Assembly (NCBI GenBank): GCA_963823665.1 | Contig: CAWGMQ010000010.1 | Coordinates: 1,312,001 to 1,376,000 of the forward strand | From: an uncultured Planctomycetota bacterium | Lineage (GTDB): Bacteria > Planctomycetota > Planctomycetia > Isosphaerales > Isosphaeraceae | Direction of reading: 5' to 3' | DNA length: 64,000 nucleotides | Shown here: positions 28,160 to 39,501 of the stretch, piece after piece | Layout of the letters: each line of letters begins with the position of its first letter | Position numbering within the stretch: position 1 is the first letter of the stretch | Made by a program: the position numbers and the translations under genes | Notes under the pieces: model-generated | The model's database searches: none | The model's input: the letters and a program-made list of their open reading frames with translations, nothing else | Told to the model about the DNA's origin: nothing

Positions 28160-28712
28160 CAGCAAGCCAGGTTGGCCGTGCACCAGTTCCGTGCATCGGT
28201 GTGGCTCGCAGATTGGCCAGCTTGGGGTCGTCCTTGAGCGCCCGAGTTTCGCGCACGACCTCGCCGTACCGCCCCACCGCGTCAATTGCCAATTGCTCGC
28301 GAATCTGGGCTCGCTGCTGCACTGCCTTCGCCGAGATCTCTGCTTTGGTCGCGCGGGCCTTTTCAGTCTGTACGACCCCGACGGCGGCCCCGCTTCGACG
28401 GCGTCGCCGGCAAGATGGCGCTCGATGTCCCTGGCTAGCGCGGTCGCTGTTTCGTAACGCAGTGCCCGGTCCTTCTCGAGGGCCTTGCACGTCTCGATCA
28501 TCGCCCTGGCCTTGAGCAACTGCTCGAGCTTCTGGCGCAGATCGATATCACCGCCGCACTGACGATCCAGGAAAGCGGCGCAGTCTTCCGGCGAAGTGAG
28601 CTCGAGGGCATCCCAGAAAATGCGGTCGACGCTCTTCGGTTCCATGAAGCTTCTCGACGGCGTTCGGATCTCCCTGCTCGATCGCCGAAAACATCCGCGT
28701 GCCTTCGCTCAA
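28160..28712 (-). pseudogene. Collapsed ECF sigma + Ser/Thr kinase operon remnant
   Basis: LSEGTRMFSAIEQGDPNAVEKL (ECF N-terminus, 28647-28712) abuts IFWDALE...AFLDRQCGGDIDLR (kinase N-terminus), which jumps to KALEKDRALRYETATALARDIERHL (subdomain XI). Catalytic core is absent. Confidence 0.75.
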
Positions 28713-28737
28713 CAATTCGATACGCTGTTACTTCACC

Positions 28738-30363
28738 CTACCGCTCGGCCGTTCGACTTGCCTGGCGCCGCACGAGGGCGGCCGCGACAAAGTCGCGGAA
28801 CAGCGGATGGGCCTTGGTTGGCTTCGACTTGAATTCCGGGTGGAACTGCACAGCCAGAAACCACGGGTGCTCCGGCCGCTCCATGATCTCGACGATCGTG
28901 CCGTCCGGGCTGACCCCCGTCGCCACCAGCCCTCCCTCCTGAAACGCCTTGCGATACGCGTTGTTCAGCTCGTACCGATGCCGGTGGCGTTCGTGAATGA
29001 GCCCGGTGCTGTAAGCCCGATGGGCAAGGCTTCCGGGAGACAAGACACACGGGTAAGAACCCAGTCTCATCGTGCCCCCCCGATTCTTGACCGCCTGCTG
29101 TTCCTCCATGATCGCAATCACCGGATGGGGCGTATTCGCATCAAACTCGTTGCTGTTGGCATCCTTGAGTGCCAGTTCGTTGCGGGCAAATTCGACGACC
29201 GCGCACTGCATGCCCAGGCAAATCCCGAAGTAGGGAATGCGCTCCATCCTCGCATAGCGAATCGCCTCGATCTTGCCCTCGATCCCCCGCATGCCGAATC
29301 CACCCGGAACCAGGATGCCGTCCACTCCGGCGAGCAACGCGTCAGCGCCCTGGCTGTCGACTTCCTCGGCCTCGACTCGCTCGATCGCCACCCGTGTGCG
29401 GTTGGCAATTCCCGCATGATCGAGCGCTTCGTAGACCGACTTGTACGCGTCGCGAATCTTCATGTATTTGCCCACGAGCGCAATCCGCACTTCGTGCTTC
29501 GGCTTCTTGATTCGCTCGACGATCTCGCGCCACTCGGTCAAGTCGAGCGGTATGGCACGCAGCCGAAGCCGCTGCACCAGGATCTCGTCCAGCCCGTGGT
29601 CCACCAGCGAGAGCGGCACTTCGTAAATGCTGAACTGCTTGTCCCGCTCTTCAATCACGGCCTTCCGCTCGACATTGCAAAAGAGCGCGATCTTGTCTTT
29701 CTCTTCGGCGGGAATTGGATGCTCGGTGCGGCAGATCAGCACGTCCGGCTGGATGCCGATCTGGCGCAGCATCCCCACGGAGTGCTGTGTCGGCTTCGTC
29801 TTGAGCTCACCGGCTGCCTTCAGGAATGGGATAAGCGTCAAGTGGATGTACAAGCAATTCTCGCGGCCAACGTCCAGCGCGAACTGGCGGATCGCCTCCA
29901 GAAACGGCTGGCCCTCGATATCGCCGACCGTGCCGCCAATTTCGGTGATCACCACATCCACGTCGTCGCGCGCCAGCGCGTGGATCGCCGACTTGATCTC
30001 ATCGGTGACGTGCGGGATCACCTGGACGGTCTTGCCCTCGTAAAACTTCCCGGAGCGCTCCTTCTCGATGACCGACAGGTAAATCCTTCCCGTCGTGTGG
30101 TTACTGTCCCGAGTCAGCGGCGCGTGCGTGAACCGCTCATAGTGGCCCAGATCCAGGTCGGTCTCCGAGCCGTCTTCGGTGACGTAAACTTCCCCGTGCT
30201 GGTGGGGGCTCATCGTCCCCGGGTCGACGTTGATGTAGGGATCGAACTTCTGGAGCCTGATCCGCAGCCCTCGCTGCTCCAGAAGCATCCCGATCGAGGC
30301 GCACGTCAGTCCCTTGCCCAGCGAGCTGACGACCCCGCCCGTTACGAATATGTGCTTGGCCAT
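28738..30363 (-). CDS. pyrG: CTP synthase
   Basis: [47 protein letters not shown]. Confidence 0.99.
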   Translation of the reverse strand: MAKHIFVTGGVVSSLGKGLTCASIGMLLEQRGLRIRLQKFDPYINVDPGTMSPHQHGEVYVTEDGSETDLDLGHYERFTHAPLTRDSNHTTGRIYLSVIEKERSGKFYEGKTVQVIPHVTDEIKSAIHALARDDVDVVITEIGGTVGDIEGQPFLEAIRQFALDVGRENCLYIHLTLIPFLKAAGELKTKPTQHSVGMLRQIGIQPDVLICRTEHPIPAEEKDKIALFCNVERKAVIEERDKQFSIYEVPLSLVDHGLDEILVQRLRLRAIPLDLTEWREIVERIKKPKHEVRIALVGKYMKIRDAYKSVYEALDHAGIANRTRVAIERVEAEEVDSQGADALLAGVDGILVPGGFGMRGIEGKIEAIRYARMERIPYFGICLGMQCAVVEFARNELALKDANSNEFDANTPHPVIAIMEEQQAVKNRGGTMRLGSYPCVLSPGSLAHRAYSTGLIHERHRHRYELNNAYRKAFQEGGLVATGVSPDGTIVEIMERPEHPWFLAVQFHPEFKSKPTKAHPLFRDFVAAALVRRQASRTAER

Positions 30364-30555
30364 CGCGTCCCTATCCATGTTGTGTTCATCTGTACGGCGA
30401 CCTCCAAGCGAAGTAGTATAACATCCCGCCGCTATTTCGCGACACCGCCCCTCGAACTTCCTTGAGCAACCCTCTACAATAGACTCTGTTCCTCCATCCA
30501 CGCGCTTTCCGATTCATCTCGGAGCGCTTGAACGTCGGATTCCGAGCTCTGAGCT

Positions 30556-30613
30556 TTCGAGTTTCGGATTTCGAGCTTCGAGCTTCGGATTTCGAGCTTC
30601 GAGTTTCGGATTT
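30556..30613. repeat. Heptamer tandem repeat with 21-bp super-period
   Basis: Runs of TTCGAG(T/C) and TTCGGAT: ttcgagtttcggatttcgagc-ttcgagcttcggatttcgagc-ttcgagtttcggattt. Confidence 0.85.
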
Positions 30614-30633
30614 CCCCCCATCAGGATCTTCCC

Positions 30634-31785
30634 ATGCCTCCCACCCAGCTCAACCGTCGCCGATTCTTGAGCTGTTCCGCCGCGGCGAGCCTGGCGCTTT
30701 CCCAGGGGAATCTGGCTGAGGCCGCTGCGGTCGAGCGTGATTCCAAGCCCCTCCGCTTGGGTGCAGTGGGAATCGGCAACCGGGGCACTGCCCTGCTGCG
30801 AAGCCTGCTCGAGCTGCCGGGTACCGAGATCCTGGCAGTGTGCGACCTTGAACGAAAGCACCGCCAACGCGGCGAAGGAATCGTCGAAAAAGCGCGCGGT
30901 CGGCGCCCCGAGTCCTTTAGCGATCCGCGCAAAGTCTTCGACCGTACGGACATCGACGCCGTCGTGGTTGCCCTTCCGTGTGATGCCCACGACCAGGTGC
31001 ACGCCGAGGCTCTCGCCGCCGGCAAGCATCTCTACGCCGAGAAGCCCCTTTCAATGACGCTCGAGGGTTGCGATCGCCTGATTGCCGCCGGGGCGCTTTC
31101 GCCGTCCCTGGTCATCCACGTCGGGTTCCAGCGCCGCTCGAATCCTCGCTTCTGCCAGGGCGTCGAGTTGATCAGCCGCGGCGACTTGGGCCCGCTCATC
31201 GAAGCACGCGCGAGCTGGACCAGCAGTAACGGACCGATGAGTGGCCACGACGGCTGGCTCGCCCGCCGCGAGCGCTCGGGCGATTGGATGGTCGAGCAGG
31301 GCGTCCACATCTGGGATGTCTTTCACTGGCTCAAGGGCTCACTTCCCGTGAGAGCCACCGGTTGGGGCCGCCGCGATCTATTCGCGTCGATCGATCCCAA
31401 GCGCAACGTCACGGATCATTACTCGATCGACCTGGAGTGGGCCGACGGCTTCCGCGCCTCGTTCGTCCAGAGCTGGATTTCCCCCGCCGCTGAGGGTTTC
31501 ACCGGCTCGTCGCTCCGCGTCCTCGGAGAGCAGGGGGGGTTCGACTTCACTTCAGGCGCCCTCACGTTCCGGGACCGCAACCAGCCCGCTCGCACCGTTG
31601 CCCCGGGCCCTCAGCCCGACACCAGGCTTGCCCTCGAGTCCTTCCTCACCGCCGTGCGCTCGAGCACGCCGCTGCCGGCGCCGCTCTCCCTCGCCGATGC
31701 CCGGGCCGCAACCCGCATCGGCCTCCTGGTCCGCAAATCTGTCGACGAGCACCGCACCGTTCAGATGGATGAGATCGAAGTCTGA
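30634..31785 (+). CDS. Tat-exported Gfo/Idh/MocA oxidoreductase
   Basis: NRRRFL, GIGNRG, GKHLYAEKP, VGFQRR, EQGVHIWD. Confidence 0.92.
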   Translation: MPPTQLNRRRFLSCSAAASLALSQGNLAEAAAVERDSKPLRLGAVGIGNRGTALLRSLLELPGTEILAVCDLERKHRQRGEGIVEKARGRRPESFSDPRKVFDRTDIDAVVVALPCDAHDQVHAEALAAGKHLYAEKPLSMTLEGCDRLIAAGALSPSLVIHVGFQRRSNPRFCQGVELISRGDLGPLIEARASWTSSNGPMSGHDGWLARRERSGDWMVEQGVHIWDVFHWLKGSLPVRATGWGRRDLFASIDPKRNVTDHYSIDLEWADGFRASFVQSWISPAAEGFTGSSLRVLGEQGGFDFTSGALTFRDRNQPARTVAPGPQPDTRLALESFLTAVRSSTPLPAPLSLADARAATRIGLLVRKSVDEHRTVQMDEIEV

Positions 31786-31812
31786 GACCGATCAGCCGAA
31801 CGGGTCGTAACC

Positions 31813-32421
31813 ATGTCCACTGTCTCGCCGCCCCCACCGATGATATCAACTCCGCCGACGTCGGCACCTTTTACGCCGCGCCGTATCACCGTCGATGAGT
31901 ACGAACGGATCGAAGCATCAGGGGCGCTGAACGATCCCAAAAAAATCGAGCTGATCGATGGATACCTGGTGACGAAGATGCCCAAGAGCCCCGAACACGC
32001 TTTTTCGACGAAGGCAGTTCTCAATCGCCTCGAGAAAACCGTGCCACCAGGATGGACCGGGCGGCAAGAACAGCCTGTGCGCATTCCCGAATATGACGAG
32101 CCCGAGCCCGACATCTGCATAGTCCGGGGTTCCGACGGCGACTACCGGCACCGCCACCCCGACGCAACTGACGTGGGCCTGTTGGTCGAAGTCTCCAGGA
32201 AAAACCCAATTGCCGATCGCCAGCAGGGCAATATTTATGGGCGCAGCGGTATCCCCATTCACTGGATCGTCAACCTGGTCGACCGCCGCGTTGAAGTGTA
32301 CACCGATCCGGGCCCGGGAGGGTATGCATCCCGAACCGACTTCGGGTCCGGGCAGAGTGTTCCTGTGGTGATCGACGGCACGCCATGCGGCCAGATCGCC
32401 GTCGACGACATCCTACCGTGA
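31813..32421 (+). CDS. Uma2/DUF820 family endonuclease-like protein
   Basis: ELIDGYL, PEPD, LLVEVS, GIPIHWIVNL. Confidence 0.9.
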   Translation: MSTVSPPPPMISTPPTSAPFTPRRITVDEYERIEASGALNDPKKIELIDGYLVTKMPKSPEHAFSTKAVLNRLEKTVPPGWTGRQEQPVRIPEYDEPEPDICIVRGSDGDYRHRHPDATDVGLLVEVSRKNPIADRQQGNIYGRSGIPIHWIVNLVDRRVEVYTDPGPGGYASRTDFGSGQSVPVVIDGTPCGQIAVDDILP

Positions 32422-32453
32422 CGAGCCCATCGCCGCGAAACTTGTGAGACCCG

Positions 32454-34087
32454 TCACCTCAGCTTCACCCGTTCGCCCGCCACCATCGCACCCTCATTCG
32501 GCACGAACTCGCACACCACATACACGAGCGCGGGCTCGACAGCAGAGCCCCGCGTCGCCGGGTAACCTTGCACAGACTTGAGCGTGTAAAGGTCTCGATG
32601 CTTCTCGATCCACGCCGCAAAGCCCGGCACTTCCTCGGGCCGCCGCGAAAGCAGCACGCACCGTAACGGATGCTGCGCCGAGACGCGGTCCCATCGCGGG
32701 CGATCCCCCTCGCGATGCCGCCGTGAGTAGATCCGCTGGTAACACAGGTACTGGTCGGCCCCGTCGTAGCACCACCGCTTGGGTCCAAACGAGATCCCCA
32801 GGTCACTCCGCACGCACACCACCTCGCCGCTGGCCGACATCTCCTCCCAGAACCAGCGAGCAAATTCACGTCCGGTTCGGTCCCAAGGTGCGCGGTAGGG
32901 ATGGCCCAGGTCGCTGCCCAGCCTGCCGACCGCGAACAGCGCCAGGAGGCATCCGCACGCGACCACGATCCGCCGTCGGACCACCACCCGCGGAATCTTG
33001 GACCAGATCCATGACATCCCCGCCGCAGCCAGAATGAGCACGGCCGGAACCAGGTACAAATTCACCCGCGCACTCAGCCCGAACGGATACTGCCGCAGCG
33101 CCGCCGCAAAGAGCGTCAGCAAAATGGGAAGAGCAAGCACAGCCGCCAACCGCCGGCGCTGCGCAACAGGATCATCGTACCGAGCGCAAAGCAGCCGAAA
33201 ATCACAGGTGTCAGCCACGCCAGCCGAAGATCGCCTCCATGTGGAAACGCGAAGAGCGGTCCGGTCGCCATTCGCAGCAGCCACCGCCAGAGCGCGCCCG
33301 GGTCCAGAATCGAGGGTGGAAACGCGCCGGCCCAGAACTTGAGGAAATACGCACGGTCGTCCGGGGAAACCCGGTATTGCCCGAGAGCGGCCATCAACCC
33401 GACAGAAATGCCCGTGGTCGCCACAAATGCAGCCAGCGGCAGCCCGATCGAGGCCGAGCGTTTCTTGAACAATTCCCAGACAGCGACCACGCCGATCGCG
33501 GCAATCGTGAACAGCGATGGTAACGAAACACCGATTGCCAGCGGCACCACTCCCGCAATCAGCCAGAGCCCCCATCTCGTCCCCGGCGACGAGATCCACC
33601 GCGCGCAGAGCCAGAGAAGCACCAGGCTCACGAGCAAGTCGCTCTCGTACGGCTTCGCCTCGCCCGCATAGCGGATGAGCGGCTCAGAGACCGCGAAGAA
33701 CGCAACCGCCAGAAACGTGCCCGGTGTTCCGCGGCCGAGGTAGCGTCGCGACAACCAGTAGAAGAACGGCACACTCGCCACGCTGGAGCAGAGCGGAAAA
33801 AGCCGCAGTGCAAGCTCTGAGAATCCCACCAATCGCGCCGCAATCCACTCGATCGCCAGAAAACCCAGCGGGCACACCTGACGATAGTCCAGCGGTTGGG
33901 CCAGCTCGCTCCAGTTACGGTCGAGCAGATTCGCCGCGAGCATCGTCTCGTCGCACCACATCGGGTAATTCTGGATCGCTCGCACCAGCCGCAGGATCAC
34001 CGCCACGGCCAGAAACCCCGCGATTCCACGCGTCAATCGCCGCTGCAAAGCGTGTCCGTCGTCGGACGCCGCCGAAGAGTCTTCCAT
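32454..34087 (-). CDS. GT-C (ArnT/PMT-like) membrane glycosyltransferase (frameshift ~33150)
   Basis: MWCDE, ELALRLFP and YAGEAKPY motifs, many TM segments; second frame YPFGLSARVNLY. Confidence 0.8.
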
Positions 34088-34565
34088 CGCTTCCCGGTTT
34101 CCACGCGCAGAGGGCCGTCCATCACGCCCACCAACCTCTTATTGGTCATCGGCAGCGGCGGGATTCTAGTCCAGCAAAACTCCGAGCGTCATTCGCCGCG
34201 ACTTACCGTTTCTGCGGCTTTTTGGGCGGCTTCAGCTTGATGACTTCCTTCAGTGTCGCGGACGTGCTCGCCCCGAAGTCCGCGCTGCCGCCGCGCGGGA
34301 CGCTGATCGCACGCAGCCCGAGCGCAAGCGGTGCGTTTCTGCCCGCCGGTCAGGTCGAGTGTCGCAATTGCCGTCGCAATGCGTGTCGTCTACTACTGGT
34401 GCTTGCACCGATTCGCAGCTTTGCCGAAGCGTGCGATACCGCCAACCGAGGCCGGCTTGGTCGGGCCAAGAATCGTTGGCATCGCGTTTGAGTCGGAATG
34501 CAACGCGCGGGTTTCCGATCGTACGCGGCGGCCTTGGCCGTCCGGGGCCTTCCAGGAGCTTCACG

Positions 34566-36122
34566 ATGGCACTCGACAAGAAGTACTACGTCCACACCAC
34601 CGACGATGGTGCCCTGGGTGACACCACCCCGGCCGACATCAACGCGCTGGTGGCCTCATTGGCCTCAGCCAAGCGCGTGGCGGTGGTCTTGCACGGCGGG
34701 CTCGTCTCGAAGAGTGCGGCGCTGGCTACGGCGGAAGGTCTCGTGCAACCGCTTATCGAATCCGAAGTCCATCCCATTTTCGTCATCTGGGAAACCGGGT
34801 TCCTGGAAACGCTCCGCGACCTTCTGCAGAAAGTCTGGGACGAAGATCTGTTCAAGGACCTGGTGAAGAAGCTTTTGCAACACATGGCGGCGACGGTCGC
34901 CGACGAGTATCTGCTGGGCGCGCGGGATGCTCTGGGTTTACCCCAACCGCCCGACGACCTGGAAGTCTCGCGTGAATACCGCAAGTTGAAGCACAACGAG
35001 GAGCCATTCGCTGATGCAAAGACTGCGCAGGCCGCGTGCTGCGTCAAATGACGAGATCCGGCGCCTGCAAGACGATCTCCAGAGCGACCCGCGCTTCAAT
35101 CTCGAAGTGGAGGCGGCTGCCCGCTGGATCGAAGACAAGCAGGACGAGCAGGCCGGCGTCCCGGCCGCGGCGCGGCTTCCGGCGGGGCCGGCGAAGCCGA
35201 CTCTGGCAGACCCGGAAGCGCTCCTCGAACCGATGCCTGCCGGAAGCGCCCGGGAACGGCGAGGCCCCGGGGTTTCTTGTCGGTTGCCAAGGCCGCCTGG
35301 AGCGCGGCTCAGGTCTTCCGCCGCGTCGTTAGCCGCTATCGGGAGGGACGGGACCACGGCGTCTACGCGACGGTGGTCGAGGAGGTGCTGCGCCAGTTCT
35401 ATGGAACCAACGTCGGCAGCGCCATGTGGGGGACTATGAAGCGGCAGGCCCGGGCAGCCTTCACCGACCCCGGCCAGGCGCCAGTTCGCTGCGGCTGGTA
35501 TTTGTGCGAACGCCTCGGGATGATGGTTAGCGGCGGGCACGCTCCGCAGATCTCGATCGTGGCACACAGTGCCGGTGCGAATTACGCCTGTCACATGGTC
35601 GATTACGTCGGAACGACGCGCGGCCCTGTCTTCCCCGACGGCTTCGCGTTCAAAAACCTGCTACTGATGGCGCCGGCCTGCAACTTCGGGCTCTTTGACG
35701 CCATCACCACCGCGCAACCGCCTGTCTTCGAGAACTTCCGCCTGTTCGCCCTTAAGGACGAGCTCGAACGCGGCTACTGGGAGGTTCCGGTTATCTACCC
35801 TCGCTCACTGCTCTATCTGGTGGCCGGGGCATTCGAGAAGGAATCCGACGGTAGCACGGGCGCCTACGACCTGCCGCTGCTAGGCATGGAGCGTTATTAC
35901 ACTCAGTCCGAGACTTACAAGCAGCCGGAGATCGACCGCGTGCGCCGATTTCTCGGGACTACGCCGCCGGGCCGCCAGGTCTGGTCCGTTAGCGCCGGGG
36001 GGGGCCTGGGTTTGGAGGCGGACAGCCGGACTCACGGCCGCTTCTTCCTCGACGCGGAAGATCCGCCACGGCCCACACAGACAATGCGAAGCGTCTTGCA
36101 CGTGCTCAAGAACGGCGTGTGA
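34566..36122 (+). CDS. Alpha/beta-hydrolase-fold protein (frameshifts ~35035 and ~35265)
   Basis: VVLHGGLVS, FVIWETG, WGTMK, IVAHSAGA nucleophile elbow, LMAPA, RSLLYLV, THGRF. Confidence 0.75.
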
Positions 36123-36131
36123 TCCTCATTC

Positions 36132-36647
36132 ATGAATGACACCCATTTCGCAATCGTCGTCGGAATCGATCGTTATCCGCGCCTGGGACGGCATTTGACG
36201 GCAGCGCGCAAAGACGCCGAGGCCTTCGACGCCTGGTTGGCGGATCCCGCCGGAGGTGCGGTACCGAAGGCCAACCGGAAGCTGATCGTTGCCGACCTCC
36301 CAGTGGATGCCACGCCGGAGCAGGCCAAACCGCTCCTTTCGGAAGTCAAATCGGCTCTGTTGGAGGTGAGGGCGGCCTCCGACGCCATCTCCGCGGCGGA
36401 CGAGGCAAGAGACCAGAATCGCTGGGAACAGACGCGTCTCTACCTTTACGTTTCCGGCCACGGCATGGCGCTGCGGTCCGAGGAGGCCGCCCTGCTCACG
36501 GCCAACGCCGGGGTTGATTGGTGGCAGGAGCGCGTCAATTGCGCCGACGTTCACAATCACCTGGAAGTCGATTACAATGGTGGTACAACGGCTGGTGGCT
36601 CAGGTCGAGCAACTCTACACGTTCGCGCTGGACCGCCGTCAGTTTGA
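36132..36647 (+). pseudogene. Truncated caspase-like (C14) protein
   Basis: FAIVVGIDRYP, ARKDAEAF and LYLYVSGHG (catalytic His); no DxC cysteine motif follows. Confidence 0.7.
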
Positions 36648-37386
36648 GAAAATCCGCACGCTTACGCTGGCACAACTGTCCCGTATGATCGACTTGTCCC
36701 GCACCGCCGTGGCTCGGGCGGTGACACCGTCGCTGGCTTTGCCGGGGCCTCCCCGCCACCAACCGGCCCGGGCGCCGATCGATATCAGCAAATGGTCAGC
36801 CGAAGCATCGCTCAGCGCCGCCAAATCCAGGACGATCGGCTCGGGCGCGGAGGTCAACCTTCCACATGCTGGTTCCAGGGCGCGTTGGCCACCCCAGAAC
36901 GGGCGTGACTATGTCCGCAGCGATGCGTTCGGACGGCTGCTGCTAGACGTGATCGAGCCGCTCGCGCGCGAGTACTCCAGCCACGACTTCGTCGATGCCG
37001 CGGCGGAAATCTTCACTTGGTTGGACACGAAGCTACGCACGAACCGGCGGTTCATCAACGCCCGCCGCTTTCCGACGGAAGCCGACTTCCGTGCGTATCT
37101 TCGCCAGGCCGCCTGGAATGCCGCCCGGATGGCAGCGCGTCGCCTCAAAGCGCACGAGACGCTGCCCGCGGCAGCGTTCGAAATCGACCTGTCGCTCGAC
37201 CCGGTGACCCAAGCCTGCCTTCAAGAAAGCCTCGAGCGGCTGGTTGAGCCACACAAGACTGTGCTCGAGCGATTGTTCTTCGAGAACGACGACCTGGAAA
37301 TGGTCGCCAGCATTCTCGGCAAGACGCCAACCGAGGTCGAAACGCTCTACGCGGAGGCAATCGACCTGCTGAAGCTCGAGCCATAA
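36577..37386 (+). CDS. ECF-like sigma factor with N-terminal extension
   Basis: Sigma2-like FRAYLRQAAWNAARMAARR; sigma4-like LERLVEPHKTVLERLFFENDDLEMVASILGKTPTEV. Start uncertain. Confidence 0.7.
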   Translation: MVVQRLVAQVEQLYTFALDRRQFEKIRTLTLAQLSRMIDLSRTAVARAVTPSLALPGPPRHQPARAPIDISKWSAEASLSAAKSRTIGSGAEVNLPHAGSRARWPPQNGRDYVRSDAFGRLLLDVIEPLAREYSSHDFVDAAAEIFTWLDTKLRTNRRFINARRFPTEADFRAYLRQAAWNAARMAARRLKAHETLPAAAFEIDLSLDPVTQACLQESLERLVEPHKTVLERLFFENDDLEMVASILGKTPTEVETLYAEAIDLLKLEP

Positions 37387-37401
37387 AAGCCCGCCTGAGC
37401 G

Positions 37402-37599
37402 TTACTCGCTATCCGTCCCGACGCCCACGTCCTCCGGCTCGAGAGCTTCCTTGAGTAAGAAAAGGGCGTTAAGCTTCTGCGCCCGGTCCAGGAAAACGTG
37501 GTCCTTGGTGTGCTTTTCGACGAATTCTTGCACCTGCCGAGCCTGTGGGTCACCGTACTCTCGCAGGAGCCTGGTGTACTCGAACAGTTGATTTGCCAT
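37402..37599 (-). CDS. 65-aa hypothetical protein
   Basis: AAGGAG RBS before ATG 37599; MANQLFEYTRLLREYGDP... Confidence 0.65.
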   Translation of the reverse strand: MANQLFEYTRLLREYGDPQARQVQEFVEKHTKDHVFLDRAQKLNALFLLKEALEPEDVGVGTDSE

Positions 37600-37737
37600 A
37601 GCGATTTCTCCTTTGCGCGGCAGCCCCGCGCGCCCCGGGGAAGTTTTCTCTACCACTGAGTGCACCGCGGTCAGAATTATTGTGTAAATGGAAGTTCTCA
37701 AAAGAGTTAGGGCCAATCACCCGCGCGCCGGGCGACC

Positions 37738-39356
37738 TCACACGCCCGCCAGCGCGCTCAGCAGCTTCGCACCGTCCGGCACACCCCACCCGGAGGCCGC
37801 GTCAAACCCCGCCTTCGCGGCATAGCCGACGCCCGGGTCCGGATGTGAGGCGTTGTTGCCCGAGGTGACGTCGCGCAATGCGCCCTTGCCGACAGGCTCA
37901 CCGTTTCCACCGTTCTTGTAGAGCAGCGGCGTGAGGAATCGCCGTTGCTTGGCCTGGGGTAACGACGCATTCACCCGAGCGATCAGCGCAGCCCACAGCG
38001 GAGCCGAGGCGCTCGTCCCACCGTTCGGTTGGCGCCTGGTCATGAACACGAGGTCGTAGAGAGGCGGCCCGGCGAGCGCCGCGACGTCGGGCACAACCCG
38101 CCCGTCAATGCTTCCGGAATTGATCGAGGCAACGTGAACCTTCTGCCACGACGGACGATCGAAGACCCTGCTCACTCCGCCCCCGGTCGCTCCACCGCCC
38201 TGGTTCTGAGTCCGGAAACCCGGCGACTCCCACCAGACAACTTCGGAGACGCTTGCGCCGGAACTCTTGAGCATCGTACCCCCAACCGCCAGCACGTGCG
38301 GGCTGCTGCCTGGAAAGTCCACGTGCCCGTGGCCGTCATTCCCGTCGTCGCCCGAGCCGTCGTCTCCCGCGGCGACGCACGTGGTGATGCCGAGCAATCG
38401 GATGGCGTTGAGCCGCTCATTGATCGCTTGAACGGCATTTCCCGACCACCCCACGTCGTCTTCGGCCGATCCCCAACTGATCGAGAGCACGGTCGGATTC
38501 GCCGTGATCACCGCGTTCAGCAAGTCAACCCACCCTCGCTGATCGAACGTCGAGAAATAAACCGAGATCGTCCCCGCGGGGCAGAGCCCGGCGACAATCT
38601 CGATGTCCATCATCACCTCGATGCTTGCGACGAGCTGATCGTTACGTTGGTTGGGAGGAAGCGCAGAAATCTGCTCCTGCGTGAACGCCGGCGCATCGAC
38701 TGAGATCGCCTGCACGTTCGGGACCGCGCGCCGAACTTTTTGCAAAAAGTCGTGACGTCGTCGGCGAAATAGCCGCCGCCGAACTCGGCAATCGCGATGG
38801 TCTGGCCGGCACCGTCCCCGGGTGGAAAGTTGTAGCGGTGCTCGAGATCTGCCGGTGCCACGGGTACCAAGGCGCTGCCGGCGCCGGCGCGGGCCTTGCG
38901 GTGGGCCATGCACCGCTGGTCGAGTCCGAACACGCCGGTCACGATTCCCTTGAGCTCGGCGGGAATCGACAGCGTTCCCTTCCGGCCGCGAAACTCCCCG
39001 TGCTTTGCCGACCGCATGATCGCCATGCCGGGCTTGAACGCCGCTTCCATCGTTTTCGCCGTGCCGCTGACGCACATGCTGCGATTCTCCAGCGACGTAG
39101 TATCAACCTTGAGGCCAAACGCCTTCAGCGACTTCGCCACCTTGTCGGCATCGGATTTCTTGGCACCGAATTTCTCCGCAAGCTCCGCCGGCGTCATCCG
39201 CTGCCCGACGTAGTCATCCGGACCAGGAAGCTTGGGCCCCGAAAGCGTGATCGTCACCACGATCTTCTCGTTGGGGTCGACATCGCGCACGCGGATCGTA
39301 CCGGCCTGCACCCCGCGCTTGCTGCCGGACAAGACCACGTGAGTTTTCGTTGCCAT
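37738..39356 (-). CDS. Sedolisin/kumamolisin (S53) peptidase with prodomain (frameshift ~38735)
   Basis: GAGQTIAIAEFGGG, IEVMMDIE (E/D), AAGDDGS, VPDVAA, GGTSASAP (Ser), GFDAASGWGVP; no obvious signal peptide. Confidence 0.92.
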
Positions 39357-39501
39357 CTTGGTGCCCTTGGAATGGGAGTGCGCATCCTAGTCGTTGACCG
39401 GGCCTGGTGGAATATGGTACTCGCAACGAGCGACCCGATACCCACGCCGGCCACAGTCGTCGCCTGGAACGAATGGAGTTCTTTGGATCAATTCGAAAGG
39501 C

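Noticed and set aside
28699..30465. 588-aa plus-strand ORF
   Set aside because: Antisense shadow of pyrG in high-GC DNA; no motifs.
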